A program made the position numbers and the translations under genes. From Nautiliaceae bacterium (GTDB lineage Bacteria; Campylobacterota; Campylobacteria; Campylobacterales; Nautiliaceae), in the NCBI GenBank assembly GCA_039831155.1, contig JBDONT010000026.1:1-64000 (forward strand): DNA of 64,000 nt. The letters run 5' to 3'. Every line of letters begins with the position of its first letter. Position 1 is the stretch's first letter. The notes beneath the pieces were generated by a model. It did no database searches, had not been told where the DNA came from, and saw only the letters and a list, made by a program, of their open reading frames with translations. This document shows, one piece after another, positions 1-8,770 of this stretch.

Positions 1-251
1 TTACCTACAGTTTTTGCATATTTATCTACTTTCTTCTCAAGTTCTTTTATTTGTTCTTTGTATTCTTTCACTGCACGAGACGGTTCCATTGCTATTTCAG
101 CATTTTCTAAAAACTGTTTCTTCCAATTCATTAAATTCTTTGGCAATACATTATTCTCCTGTGCTATTTGGTTTAAACTCTTCTCATTCTTTAACACTTC
201 CAATACAAGTTTCACTTTAAATTCTGCGCTGTATTTTTTACCTCTTGGCAT
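1..251 (-). CDS. IS3-family transposase OrfA (partial; not in ORF track)
   Basis: Hand translation: MPRGKKYSAEFKVKLVLEVLKNEKSLNQIAQENNVLPKNLMNWKKQFLENAE...YKEQIKELEKKVDKYAKTVG. Shows the YS.EFK motif, HTH with WKKQ, and a zipper-like tail; AAGGGG RBS upstream. Confidence 0.88.
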   Translation of the reverse strand, partial: MPRGKKYSAEFKVKLVLEVLKNEKSLNQIAQENNVLPKNLMNWKKQFLENAEIAMEPSRAVKEYKEQIKELEKKVDKYAKTVG

Positions 252-322
252 TTTTATCCCCTTTATTTTATTTGTTTGTATTTTATCATTTTTTATTCTG
301 TTCTTTTTCTTGGGGTATTATA
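1..322 (-). mobile_element. IS3-family insertion sequence, left end (continues beyond window edge)
   Basis: Minus strand starts TATAATACCCCAAGAAAAAGAACAG at 322, which resembles an IS3-type terminal IR. It is followed by an RBS and an OrfA-type HTH ORF. The host gene resumes in frame at 323. Confidence 0.8.
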
Positions 323-1567
323 CCTTTAACTACCTTAGAGCTTTTAAAAAATAGATTAATTTATTTAACAACTTTATTTAAAGATTACTCACGAGAAGAA
401 ATTGCAAAATTAAGAAATGATATTAATAATGCTTGGAAAATTATATATGAATATTTAGGTAAAAATCCAAAAAAAGTAATTAAAGATGATGATTTTTTAA
501 AAGACCATTGGATTATGTATTTTACTTATGATAGAAGTAAGGCGAATGTTGAAAAAGAGTTTTTATTAGAAAAATATTTTACTCAAAATAATGTATTATT
601 AAAGTATGATGAGGAAAAATTAAAATTTTTTAAAGAAATAGGAGCAGAAAATAAAATTAATGAGTTTATTGTAGATTATAATGATATTGAAAAATATATA
701 GAAAATATAAAAAAAGCGGTAAAAGTATATTTTTATATGCTAAATCCAGAAAAGTCTAATTATTCAAATGAAATAAAAGAATGGTTAAAAAAACTAAATA
801 TAATAGGTTTTAGAGCATTTAAGCCATTGATAATGGCAGTTTTAATGGAGTATGATAATTTAGAAAAAGATAAAATTTTAGAAGTTTTAAAATTAGCAGA
901 ATTGTATGTTTTTTTAGTTTTTATTATTTCAAAGAGAAGGGGAGATACTGGAAATAGCAGATTTTATAGATACGCTAATGACTTTCATAAGAATAAAGAT
1001 ATAGATAAACTTATTGAGAAAATTAAAAATGAATTATATGAAGATGAAAATACTTATAAGTGGGTAGCTATAAATAATTTTATAGATGAAATTGATAATT
1101 TATTTAAAAATTATGATGGATGGTATAGTTGGAAATATTTGAATTATTTTCTTTATGAGTATGAAATATATCTTCAAAAGGAAAAATTTAAAGAAGAAAC
1201 TCAAAAAGTTAAATGGGATGATATTAATAAAGATAGTATAGAACATATTTATCCTGAAACTTCAAATTTAGAGTGTTGGAAAAAGATTTTTAAAGGTAAA
1301 AACAGAAAATATTTACATTCATTAGGAAATTTATTACTCTTGAGTATTTCTAAAAATGCAAGTTTAGGAAAAAAATGTTTTGAAGATAAAAAAGAAAGAT
1401 ATAAAAACGGTAGTTATTCAGAAATAGAAGTTGCTCAATATGAAAAATGGACACCTAAAGAAATTTATGAAAGAGGAATGAAATTATTAGACTTTTTATC
1501 TGATAGGTGGGATATCGAGATAGATGAAGAAACCAAAGAAAAATTATTATTTGGTAAAAATAGATGA
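323..1567 (+). pseudogene. 3' fragment of GmrSD-type (DUF262 + DUF1524/HNH) nuclease, interrupted by IS3
   Basis: Starts mid-motif PLTTLELLKNRLIY (end of the DUF262 N.RGKPL...LLKN motif). C-terminal SIEHIYP...HSLGNLLLL...KN is an HNH-type motif. Markedly AT-rich. Confidence 0.8.
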
Positions 1568-1574
1568 TATAAAA

Positions 1575-1618
1575 TGTCAGTTAAACTGTCAGTAAAAATC
1601 CGCCAAAAACGACTGACA
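1575..1618. repeat. TGTCAGT direct repeat (1575, 1587) plus inverted copy (1612); candidate integrase arm-type sites
   Basis: TGTCAGTtaaacTGTCAGT...ACTGACA, about 50 bp beyond the tRNA-Ser CCA end. Confidence 0.5.
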
Positions 1619-1670
1619 CTTACCTTATTGATTTTTGAAAGATACCGAATTTACGGAGTTTTTGAAGTAA

Positions 1671-1760
1671 TGGCGGAGAGGGCGGGATTCGAACCCGCGG
1701 AGGCCTTGCGACCTCAACGGCTTTCAAGGCCGCCGGTTTCAACCACTCACCCACCTCTCC
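1671..1760 (-). tRNA. tRNA-Ser(TGA)
   Basis: GGAGAGGTGGGTGAGTGG...CTTGAAA...long variable arm...GTTCGAATC...CGCCA. Confidence 0.96.
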
Positions 1761-1797
1761 ATTTAAAAATCTAATAAACAGATTTTATTTGAGGAAA

Positions 1798-1885
1798 TGG
1801 TGCCCGGGGCCGGACTCGAACCGGCACGGGAAAAGCTCCCGAGGGATTTTAAGTCCCTTGCGTCTACCAATTCCGCCACCCGGGC
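1798..1885 (-). tRNA. tRNA-Leu(TAA)
   Basis: GCCCGGGTGGCGGAATTGGTAGACGC...CTTAAAA...GTTCGAGTC...CACCA. Confidence 0.96.
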
Positions 1886-1930
1886 TTGTGAAATGAAAGT
1901 ATATCAAACAAATCTTAAAATTTGCTTAAA

Positions 1931-2005
1931 TGGAGGCGCCACCCGGATTCGAACCGGGGATCAGGGCTTTGCAGGCCCCTGCCTTAGCCACTTGGCTATG
2001 GCGCC
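1931..2005 (-). tRNA. tRNA-Cys(GCA)
   Basis: GGCGCCATAGCCAAGTGG...CTGCAAA...GTTCGAATC...TCCA. Confidence 0.96.
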
Positions 2006-2007
2006 AA

Positions 2008-2084
2008 TGGAGCGGGCTACGGGACTCGAACCCGCGACCTCCACCTTGGCAAGGTGGCGCTCTAGCCAACTGAGCTAAGCCCGC
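2008..2084 (-). tRNA. tRNA-Gly(GCC)
   Basis: GCGGGCTTAGCTCAG...TTGCCAA...GTTCGAGTC...TCCA. Confidence 0.96.
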
Positions 2085-2096
2085 AATCGGATTAGA

Positions 2097-2125
2097 ATTA
2101 TATATAAAAATTATTCAAAATGCAA
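2097..2125 (-). promoter_or_regulatory. sigma70 promoter of tRNA cluster
   Basis: TTGCAT-17 bp-TATAAT on the minus strand just upstream of tRNA-Gly. Confidence 0.7.
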
Positions 2126-2127
2126 TA

Positions 2128-2148
2128 GAAAAAGCCTAAAAAGGCTTA
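2128..2148 (-). terminator. Putative intrinsic terminator after moeA
   Basis: AAGCCT-TTTT-AGGCTT followed by a T-run on the minus strand. Confidence 0.5.
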
Positions 2149-2152
2149 AAAT

Positions 2153-3337
2153 TTAATAAAGAATTACTTTTATCTTTTCGCCTTTTTTTAGTTTGTAAAG
2201 CCCTTCTTTTAATTGCATAATGGCTCTGTTGTTTATAAGATTTGTCAAAATTCCACTGCTGCCTTGTTTTTTACCTTTTGTATCTACAAAATACTCTCCG
2301 TTTTCATAATACAGATTTACGGCTACAAACTGGGTTTTTTTGAATTTTTTTTCGAAGTCTTCTTTTAAAGTTGCCGTTATTGTTTGAAGAGAGGTTTTAT
2401 TTTCAAACGCATCTGCAATAGGCACTACATATAATAAAAACGTTACGAAACTGCTATAAGGAAATCCGGGCAGTGAAACTATGTATTTATTGTTTGCCTT
2501 TGCTACCATAATCCATTGACCGGGTTTTATATTTACTCCGTGAAAAAGTACTTCAAATTCTCCCGTAATCTCTTTTACAAAATCAAAATCCCCAACACTC
2601 ACACCACCGGTTGTTACTACGATATCACTATTTTCTAAAGCGTTTAGAATTTTGGATTTTATCTCTTGTTTGTTATCTTTTGCTATGCCTAAATTTAGAG
2701 TATGATATCCTAAATAACTGCTAAGTGCACTTAAAGTATAATTATTCGAGCTTCTGATTTGTCCCATTTGGTACTCTTCATCCAAATCCACAATCTCTTC
2801 ACCGGTGGCTAAAATAGATATTATAGGTTTTTTTACAACATTCACAACCGGTATTCCTAAAGAAGCCAAAACTCCTATCTCTCCCGGTTTTAGAAGAGTT
2901 CCTTTTTTAATTAACGTTTCATCTTTTTTAAAATCTTCTCCCACTTCCCTTACCGAAAATCCTTTAGGGACTTTTCCCTTGATTATAAGTTTGTCGCCTT
3001 TAACTTCTACGTTTTCTATAGGTACCAGCGTATCGCTGTTTTTTGGCATAAAACTTCCGGTATACGTTTTGACGGCTTCCCCTTTTTTGATAGTCGTATA
3101 TTCAAATTTTCCGGCCGGATTTTTACCTATAATTTTTATTTCCTTGTCGATATCCTCATATCTAATCGCATATCCGTCCATTGAAGCCGTAGGCATATAA
3201 GGATTATTATATTTAGCTTTTATATCTTTTGCAAGCACTCTATTTAAGGCGTTTTGAATAAACAGTTTTTCGCTGTCTTTAGGGGATGGTAGGTTTTGAT
3301 TTAATATTTTTATAGATTCTTCAAAACTTATATGCAT
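2153..3337 (-). CDS. moeA: Molybdopterin molybdotransferase MoeA
   Basis: SMDGYA, TTGGVSVGDFD, KPG and LPGFP motifs. Start moved to MHISFEE (AGGAG RBS). Confidence 0.93.
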   Translation of the reverse strand: MHISFEESIKILNQNLPSPKDSEKLFIQNALNRVLAKDIKAKYNNPYMPTASMDGYAIRYEDIDKEIKIIGKNPAGKFEYTTIKKGEAVKTYTGSFMPKNSDTLVPIENVEVKGDKLIIKGKVPKGFSVREVGEDFKKDETLIKKGTLLKPGEIGVLASLGIPVVNVVKKPIISILATGEEIVDLDEEYQMGQIRSSNNYTLSALSSYLGYHTLNLGIAKDNKQEIKSKILNALENSDIVVTTGGVSVGDFDFVKEITGEFEVLFHGVNIKPGQWIMVAKANNKYIVSLPGFPYSSFVTFLLYVVPIADAFENKTSLQTITATLKEDFEKKFKKTQFVAVNLYYENGEYFVDTKGKKQGSSGILTNLINNRAIMQLKEGLYKLKKGEKIKVILY

Positions 3338-3347
3338 ATTCTCTCCT

Positions 3348-3776
3348 TTAGCTAAGTATCCCGGCACCCGGTAGTTTTTTTGCTCTGTCGCTTGCAAAAA
3401 TTCTTTTGCCGTTTTTTATATCGTATTTCCAGATAGGGGCGTTTGCTTTGAAATCTTCCACAAACTCTTCTAAATATTTAAACCCTTCTTGTCTGTGAGT
3501 AGTAAATACTGCACATAAGAAACTGCTTTCTCCCACTTTTACATCTGAAAAACTATGGGCCATTACAATTTTGACGTCTTTTAAATTTTTCCATTTACTA
3601 AACCATTCGTTTAGCATAGGTAAATATAAATCAAAACTCAACCCCTCTATACCGTTATCGGGTCTTACTATCCCTATAAAAGGAATCATAGCTCCATACC
3701 CTTGTAATTTAAACTCTTCATACCATCTGTCAAGTGTTGGAATTACCGGTATTCCTCCTTTAAATATTTCTATCAT
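3348..3776 (-). CDS. moaE: Molybdopterin synthase catalytic subunit MoaE
   Basis: FIGIVR, HR, and K.APIWK motifs; lies between moaD and moeA. Confidence 0.9.
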   Translation of the reverse strand: MIEIFKGGIPVIPTLDRWYEEFKLQGYGAMIPFIGIVRPDNGIEGLSFDLYLPMLNEWFSKWKNLKDVKIVMAHSFSDVKVGESSFLCAVFTTHRQEGFKYLEEFVEDFKANAPIWKYDIKNGKRIFASDRAKKLPGAGILS

Positions 3777-3785
3777 AACTTCTCC

Positions 3786-4007
3786 TTATCCACCACACAC
3801 CGGTGGTAAAATTACAACTTTATCTCCCTCTTTTAAAGTTACATCAAGGGATGTTACGATTTTATCGTTTACTGCCACTGCACACTCTTTTAACCACTCT
3901 TTGAGTGATTCGTCTTTGTTTAGTTCCTCTTTTAACTCTTTTAGGGTGTTTACTTTCAGTTTTAGAGGTTCTTTTCCTATAGGACCTAAAAATTCCACTA
4001 TAACCAT
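3786..4007 (-). CDS. moaD: Molybdopterin synthase sulfur carrier MoaD
   Basis: 73 aa ubiquitin-like protein with AVAVN and C-terminal PPVCGG. Confidence 0.92.
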   Translation of the reverse strand: MVIVEFLGPIGKEPLKLKVNTLKELKEELNKDESLKEWLKECAVAVNDKIVTSLDVTLKEGDKVVILPPVCGG

Positions 4008-4047
4008 TTTTTTCCTTTATGATAAAATTCCAACTAAAAAGGCTTTT

Positions 4048-4686
4048 ATGAAAATCGGACATATTGAATATCTAAACCTTTTGCCATTTTACCAATTTTT
4101 GAAGAAAAAAGGGATTAAAACAAAAAGTGCCTATCCAGCTATTGTAAATAAATGGTTTTGTCAGAAAAAAATAGACGCCGCTTTTATATCTTCTATCAAG
4201 GCTAAAAATAAGAAATGTTTTTATATAGGTATTGTAGCTAAAAAGCAGGTAAAAAGTGTTTTGGTATGTCCGGGAAGAGGTGAAGATATGGAGTCTGCAA
4301 CTTCAAACGTTCTTGCTAAGATTTTAAAAATAGACGGTAAAGTGGTTATAGGAGATAAGGCTTTTAAAGAAAAAAACTGTATAGATTTAGCGGCTATTTG
4401 GTATAAAAAATACAAACTTCCTTTTGTGTTCGCTCTTTTTTGTGTAAACAAAGATTATAAAAAGTACAAAAAACTAATTTTCGAGTTTGCTTTTAAAAAA
4501 CAGAAGATTCCTTATTCGGTACTTAAAAAACACGCCGAAAAAATAGGAATTTCCCCAAAGGAAGCAAAAGAGTATCTGGATAAAATTATTTACTATAAGC
4601 TGGGTTGGAGAGAAAAAAAAGCCTTAAAACTGTTTTGGAAAAAAGCCGATGAATTTGCTAGAAATAGAAAAACTGCCTCCTGTTGA
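4048..4686 (+). CDS. mqnA: Chorismate dehydratase MqnA (futalosine menaquinone pathway)
   Basis: I.YLNLLPF, SATSN, IGD.A and DLA..W....LPFVFA motifs. True start is MKIGHIEY, not 3571. Confidence 0.85.
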   Translation: MKIGHIEYLNLLPFYQFLKKKGIKTKSAYPAIVNKWFCQKKIDAAFISSIKAKNKKCFYIGIVAKKQVKSVLVCPGRGEDMESATSNVLAKILKIDGKVVIGDKAFKEKNCIDLAAIWYKKYKLPFVFALFCVNKDYKKYKKLIFEFAFKKQKIPYSVLKKHAEKIGISPKEAKEYLDKIIYYKLGWREKKALKLFWKKADEFARNRKTASC

Positions 4687-4948
4687 TAGTGAGGATTTTA
4701 TAACTTTAATCAAACACAAAAACGTAACTGTAAAAAAGATAGTTTCAAATACTCTAAAAACTCCTCAAACCTTTTGTGATAAAAAGGACGAATTCGTAGT
4801 GCTTCTTAAAGGTTGTGCAAAAATAGAGATAAACGGGGAAATAAAAAAACTAAAAACGGGAGATTGGCTTTTTATTCCGGCAAACACTCCCCATACTTTG
4901 TTAAAAACCAAAAAAACGGCAATTTGGCTTGCCGTTTATATGGAATAA
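4649..4948 (+). CDS. Cupin domain protein
   Basis: EFVVLLKG...GDWLFIPANTPH, WLAV. Confidence 0.8.
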   Translation: MNLLEIEKLPPVDSEDFITLIKHKNVTVKKIVSNTLKTPQTFCDKKDEFVVLLKGCAKIEINGEIKKLKTGDWLFIPANTPHTLLKTKKTAIWLAVYME

Positions 4949-6012
4949 ACTTTTTTTATATTTTCCAGCTTTCTTGTCATATTCAAAAGCAACATATCAG
5001 CAACCACCACAGCAGCCATCGCTTCCGTTACCACACTTCCCCTAACAGCGACAATAGGGTCGTGACGACCTTTTAGATTTACTTCTACTTCATTCCCGTG
5101 AATATCAACAGATTTTTGAGGTTTAAAAATTGACGGAGTCGGTTTAAAGAAAATTTCAACTTCCATATCTTCTGCGTTACTTATCCCACCAAGCACTCCA
5201 CCTGCGTTATTACTTAAAAATCCGTCTTTACTAATCTCATCATTATTTTCAAGCCCTGTCAGTTTATGAGCGTTTGAATTACCTATATAAATACCTTTTA
5301 CCGCATTAATACTAACCATTGCACTTGCAAGTATATTATCCAGCTTATAATAAATCGGCTCACCAAGCCCGATTGGAAGGTTTTTTATTCTAAGCTTTAC
5401 AACCCCTCCAAGAGAGTTATGTTCCTCTCTTGCTTTATCTATTAGATTAATCCACTCTTTTTCTACATCTTTATCAAGGGCAAAAATAGGAGAAGTTTTT
5501 GCATATTCATAGTCTGTCTCTTTTGCCTTAACCCCACCTATTTCAATCACTCCCGATTCTATTTCAATATTAAGCTCTTTTAAAAGCATCTTAGCAACAG
5601 CCCCGGCCGCCACTCTTGCAGCTGTTTCTCTTGCAGAGCTTCTACCACCACCTCTATAATCCCTTATGCCGTATTTATGAAAATAAGTAAAATCGGCGTG
5701 TCCCGGACGAAAGATATCTTTTATATTTGAATAATCACGGGAGCGTTGGTCTTTATTAAAAATTACGATAGAAATCGGTGTCCCGGTTGTTTTTCCCTCA
5801 AATATTCCACTTAAAATTTCCGGTAGGTCATCTTCTTTTCTTTGAGTTGCAAATCTGTTTTTTCCGGGTTTTCTTCTTGCAAGTTCATTTACTAAAAACT
5901 CTTCATCAAACTCAATCCCGGCCGGTACCCCGTCTACAACAACACCAATTGCCCTTCCGTGCGATTCTCCAAAAGTTGTAAACCTAAAAATCTCTCCAAA
6001 ACTGTTAAACAT
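4936..6012 (-). CDS. aroC: Chorismate synthase
   Basis: GESHG, RPGHAD, GGGRSSARET and GRHDP motifs. Confidence 0.97.
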   Translation of the reverse strand: MFNSFGEIFRFTTFGESHGRAIGVVVDGVPAGIEFDEEFLVNELARRKPGKNRFATQRKEDDLPEILSGIFEGKTTGTPISIVIFNKDQRSRDYSNIKDIFRPGHADFTYFHKYGIRDYRGGGRSSARETAARVAAGAVAKMLLKELNIEIESGVIEIGGVKAKETDYEYAKTSPIFALDKDVEKEWINLIDKAREEHNSLGGVVKLRIKNLPIGLGEPIYYKLDNILASAMVSINAVKGIYIGNSNAHKLTGLENNDEISKDGFLSNNAGGVLGGISNAEDMEVEIFFKPTPSIFKPQKSVDIHGNEVEVNLKGRHDPIVAVRGSVVTEAMAAVVVADMLLLNMTRKLENIKKVYSI

Positions 6013-6015
6013 TAA

Positions 6016-6708
6016 TCAACCTTTTAAATTAAGCTCTTTTTTTAATTTCTCAATTGTAAGCCTTGCACCTTCTTGTTGAGCTGCTTTTTTACTTTTACCT
6101 TTTGCTCTTGCGTACTCTTTATCGTGGATAAAAACTCCTATCTCAAACTCTTTTTTGTGGTCCGGTCCGGTTGTGCTTATGAGTCTGTATTCCGGTACCA
6201 CGCCAAAATGAGCTTGAGTAATCTCTTGAAGAGTCGTTTTATAATCTTTTAAAAGTTCTTCCGGAGTAATTATCGGATATTCTTGTTCAAGAAGTCTAAG
6301 AGCTACTTCTTTTGCTTTTTCAAATCCGGATTCTAAATAAATAGCCCCCATTATCGCCTCAAAAGCACTTGATAGGATTGAGGGTTTTTCCCTTCCGTTA
6401 TTGTTTTCTTCTGCCGGGGATAAAAATAAAAATTCTCCTAAATTAATTCTTTTTGCAAGTTTGGTAAAAGAATCTTCGTTTACAAGGGCTGCTCTTAATT
6501 TTGATAAAATACCTTCTTCGGCTTTGGGAAAAAGCTTAAAAAGATATTCCCCAACTATCAAATCCATTACTGCATCACCTAAAAATTCCAGTCTTTCATT
6601 GTTAAATTCTTTTTTGTAACTTCTGTGAGTTAGAGCCTCGGTTATCAATTTTTCGTTTTTAAACTGATACCCCAAGCTCTTTTCGAGTTTACTTATGTCT
6701 TTACGCAT
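6016..6708 (-). CDS. rnc: Ribonuclease III
   Basis: [10 protein letters not shown] signature plus a dsRBD. Confidence 0.97.
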   Translation of the reverse strand: MRKDISKLEKSLGYQFKNEKLITEALTHRSYKKEFNNERLEFLGDAVMDLIVGEYLFKLFPKAEEGILSKLRAALVNEDSFTKLAKRINLGEFLFLSPAEENNNGREKPSILSSAFEAIMGAIYLESGFEKAKEVALRLLEQEYPIITPEELLKDYKTTLQEITQAHFGVVPEYRLISTTGPDHKKEFEIGVFIHDKEYARAKGKSKKAAQQEGARLTIEKLKKELNLKG

Positions 6709-7474
6709 TTATTATCCTTTGTTTTGTTTTTGGTAAATATTCTAAAGAGTCGGTATTAAATTCTATCAAAGAATTTAAATCAAAAAAAGCCGGTTTACTT
6801 GAAAGATAAAAAAATAAAAAATGAACAAGTGCACTTATTTCGTTTTTACATTCCAAACATTCACTGTTTTTTATAATATCGCATTTTTCATCTTCCAGTT
6901 CCCAGATTTTGGCTATTTTACTTGCTATTTCAAAAAGGCTCATACCCGTTAATCTTTTTAAAAGAGTAGCTATTTCCATAGGAGCAGAATTTAAAATAAG
7001 CTCAAGCTTATCTTTTTTTTCTCCAAGAAGCATATCACAAACACAAACCGCAACCGGAATAATAGCTCCGATTTCCGGATATTTTTTATACTTTACCTCT
7101 CCGAATTCAAATATCATAGACTCTTCGTAAGATTTCAAAAATTCCGCTTGAAAATCTTTAAAGTTGATGTTGAATATTTTCCACTCTTTCGGTTCTAAAA
7201 GGGAAACTATATAACTATATACCAGATTGGTAGCCATTTCAAGTCCAATCATCGTAAAAAGCTGAACGGTATTTTCAACTTTTTTAGGAATTGAGAAATA
7301 AGCAGAATTTACCACACCTTCAATCTGTTTTTTTAATATCAGATCTTTTTCGGCTTCTTTGGCGGCTTCTTTTAAATTGCCTTCTTTTAAATATTTTAGT
7401 GTAAGTAAGGCATTTTGCGGTATGGGAGGCACTTGTTTTAAATATTCTTTTATCTTCTCCTCCGAAATTAGCAT
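6701..7474 (-). CDS. HDOD-domain protein
   Basis: VPPIP...VNSAYF...IG...W.L pattern of the HDOD family. Confidence 0.65.
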   Translation of the reverse strand: MLISEEKIKEYLKQVPPIPQNALLTLKYLKEGNLKEAAKEAEKDLILKKQIEGVVNSAYFSIPKKVENTVQLFTMIGLEMATNLVYSYIVSLLEPKEWKIFNINFKDFQAEFLKSYEESMIFEFGEVKYKKYPEIGAIIPVAVCVCDMLLGEKKDKLELILNSAPMEIATLLKRLTGMSLFEIASKIAKIWELEDEKCDIIKNSECLECKNEISALVHFLFFYLSSKPAFFDLNSLIEFNTDSLEYLPKTKQRIINA

Positions 7475-7896
7475 ATACTTTTCCTTTTTAAAGCTTCTTC
7501 TTTTGCAATTTTATCACAAATTTCGTTTTCTTTATGTCCGGAGTGCCCTTTTACCCAGTGGGTATGGATTATATGATTTTGGCTTAAATTTATAAACTCT
7601 TTCCAAAGTTCAGGGTTTTTTACGTTTTTAAAGTTCTTTTTTATCCACCCCTCAAGCCATTCGCTAATTCCTTTTAAGACATAAGTTGAGTCTGAATAAA
7701 GTTCTATTTCACAAGGTTCTTTTAATGTTTTTAGGGATTCTATTACGGCTGTTAGTTCCATTCGGTTGTTGGTTGTAAGAGTTTCTCCTCCTTTTAGGAT
7801 TTTTTCGTGGGATTTATACCTCAAAATCGCACACCATCCCCCGGGACCCGGATTTCCAAGAGAACTTCCGTCTGTAAAAATTTCTATTTTTTTCAA
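7468..7896 (-). CDS. rnhA: Ribonuclease HI
   Basis: [19 protein letters not shown] and WVKGHSG motifs. Confidence 0.97.
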   Translation of the reverse strand: MKKIEIFTDGSSLGNPGPGGWCAILRYKSHEKILKGGETLTTNNRMELTAVIESLKTLKEPCEIELYSDSTYVLKGISEWLEGWIKKNFKNVKNPELWKEFINLSQNHIIHTHWVKGHSGHKENEICDKIAKEEALKRKSIC

Positions 7897-8001
7897 CTGT
7901 TACCTTTTAGATATTTTTTATCAATTAATAAAAGAGTTATTTTATCTTTTTTTATTTTTGTGTTATAATAATTTCACAAATTTTATCAAAAGGAGGCACA
8001 A

Positions 8002-8388
8002 ATGCCAAAAATTAACAGATATCAAGATATTTCTCAAATCGACAGAGAAGCAAAAAAAGATTATATCGACAGACATTCGCCGTTTGTAATTTGTGAAGAG
8101 ACGGCAAAAAAAGGTAAAAAATTCAAAGTAAAAGTAAAAGTAGGAAACGAATATTCTCATCCGGACGATTTTGACCATTATATCGCTTACGTTCAATTAT
8201 GGAACGGCGAAACTCTACTCGGACAAGCAACATTCACTCCGGGAGTTCTTGGAAATCAAAAAGAGCATGTTGAAGTTGATTTTCATATCGTTCCTACTAC
8301 AAACAAACTTAAACTTACCGCAATGGCTTATTGTACTAAACACGGATTATGGGAGAGTGAAGTAAAAGAAGTGGAAGTTAGCGAATAA
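8002..8388 (+). CDS. Superoxide reductase (neelaredoxin/class II SORL)
   Basis: RHSP, HP....HYI and YCTKHGLW iron-ligand motifs. Confidence 0.87.
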   Translation: MPKINRYQDISQIDREAKKDYIDRHSPFVICEETAKKGKKFKVKVKVGNEYSHPDDFDHYIAYVQLWNGETLLGQATFTPGVLGNQKEHVEVDFHIVPTTNKLKLTAMAYCTKHGLWESEVKEVEVSE

Positions 8389-8484
8389 CGACCTCTTTTT
8401 TTCTTTCTTTACATAGACTTTACAACTATTAATCACAAATTTTATATTAAAAATTTTCTTCTTAATTAAATATAGATTAAAATA

Positions 8485-8513
8485 TTGACACTACTAATTT
8501 TTTGATATATAAT
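8485..8513 (+). promoter_or_regulatory. Consensus sigma70 promoter of cyd operon
   Basis: TTGACA-17 bp-TATAAT. Confidence 0.8.
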
Positions 8514-8538
8514 TTCTATAGCCTCGAAGGAGGGCTTT

Positions 8539-8769
8539 ATGATTAAACGCATTCTGTTTTTTTACATTGACGGTTTTAAAAACATGTCAAGTTTAGGCCA
8601 AAAACTTTGGCTTATCATTATCATAAAGTTAGTGGTGATTTTTGTCGTTTTAAAAGTCTTCTTTTTCCCGACGATTGATTCTAAAATCAAAACAACACAA
8701 GCTAAAGAAGCACTTTATCTAAAACAATTGACAAAAATTACCGCTAGCAAACAATATAAGGAGGAATAG
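8539..8769 (+). CDS. DUF4492-like small membrane protein
   Basis: FYIDGFKNM..G.KLW.II.IKL..F.VLK.FFFP; immediately upstream of cydA. Confidence 0.8.
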   Translation: MIKRILFFYIDGFKNMSSLGQKLWLIIIIKLVVIFVVLKVFFFPTIDSKIKTTQAKEALYLKQLTKITASKQYKEE

Positions 8770-8770
8770 C

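Noticed and set aside
14-354. Plus-strand ORFs 14-220, 58-354 and the 245 start
   Set aside because: Antisense shadows of the IS3 orfA and IS end.
1574-2078. ORFs 1574-1774 and 1797-2078
   Set aside because: Antisense readings of tRNA genes.
3571-4047. N-terminal extension of the mqnA ORF
   Set aside because: Overlaps moaE/moaD on the opposite strand; MqnA motifs begin at 4048.
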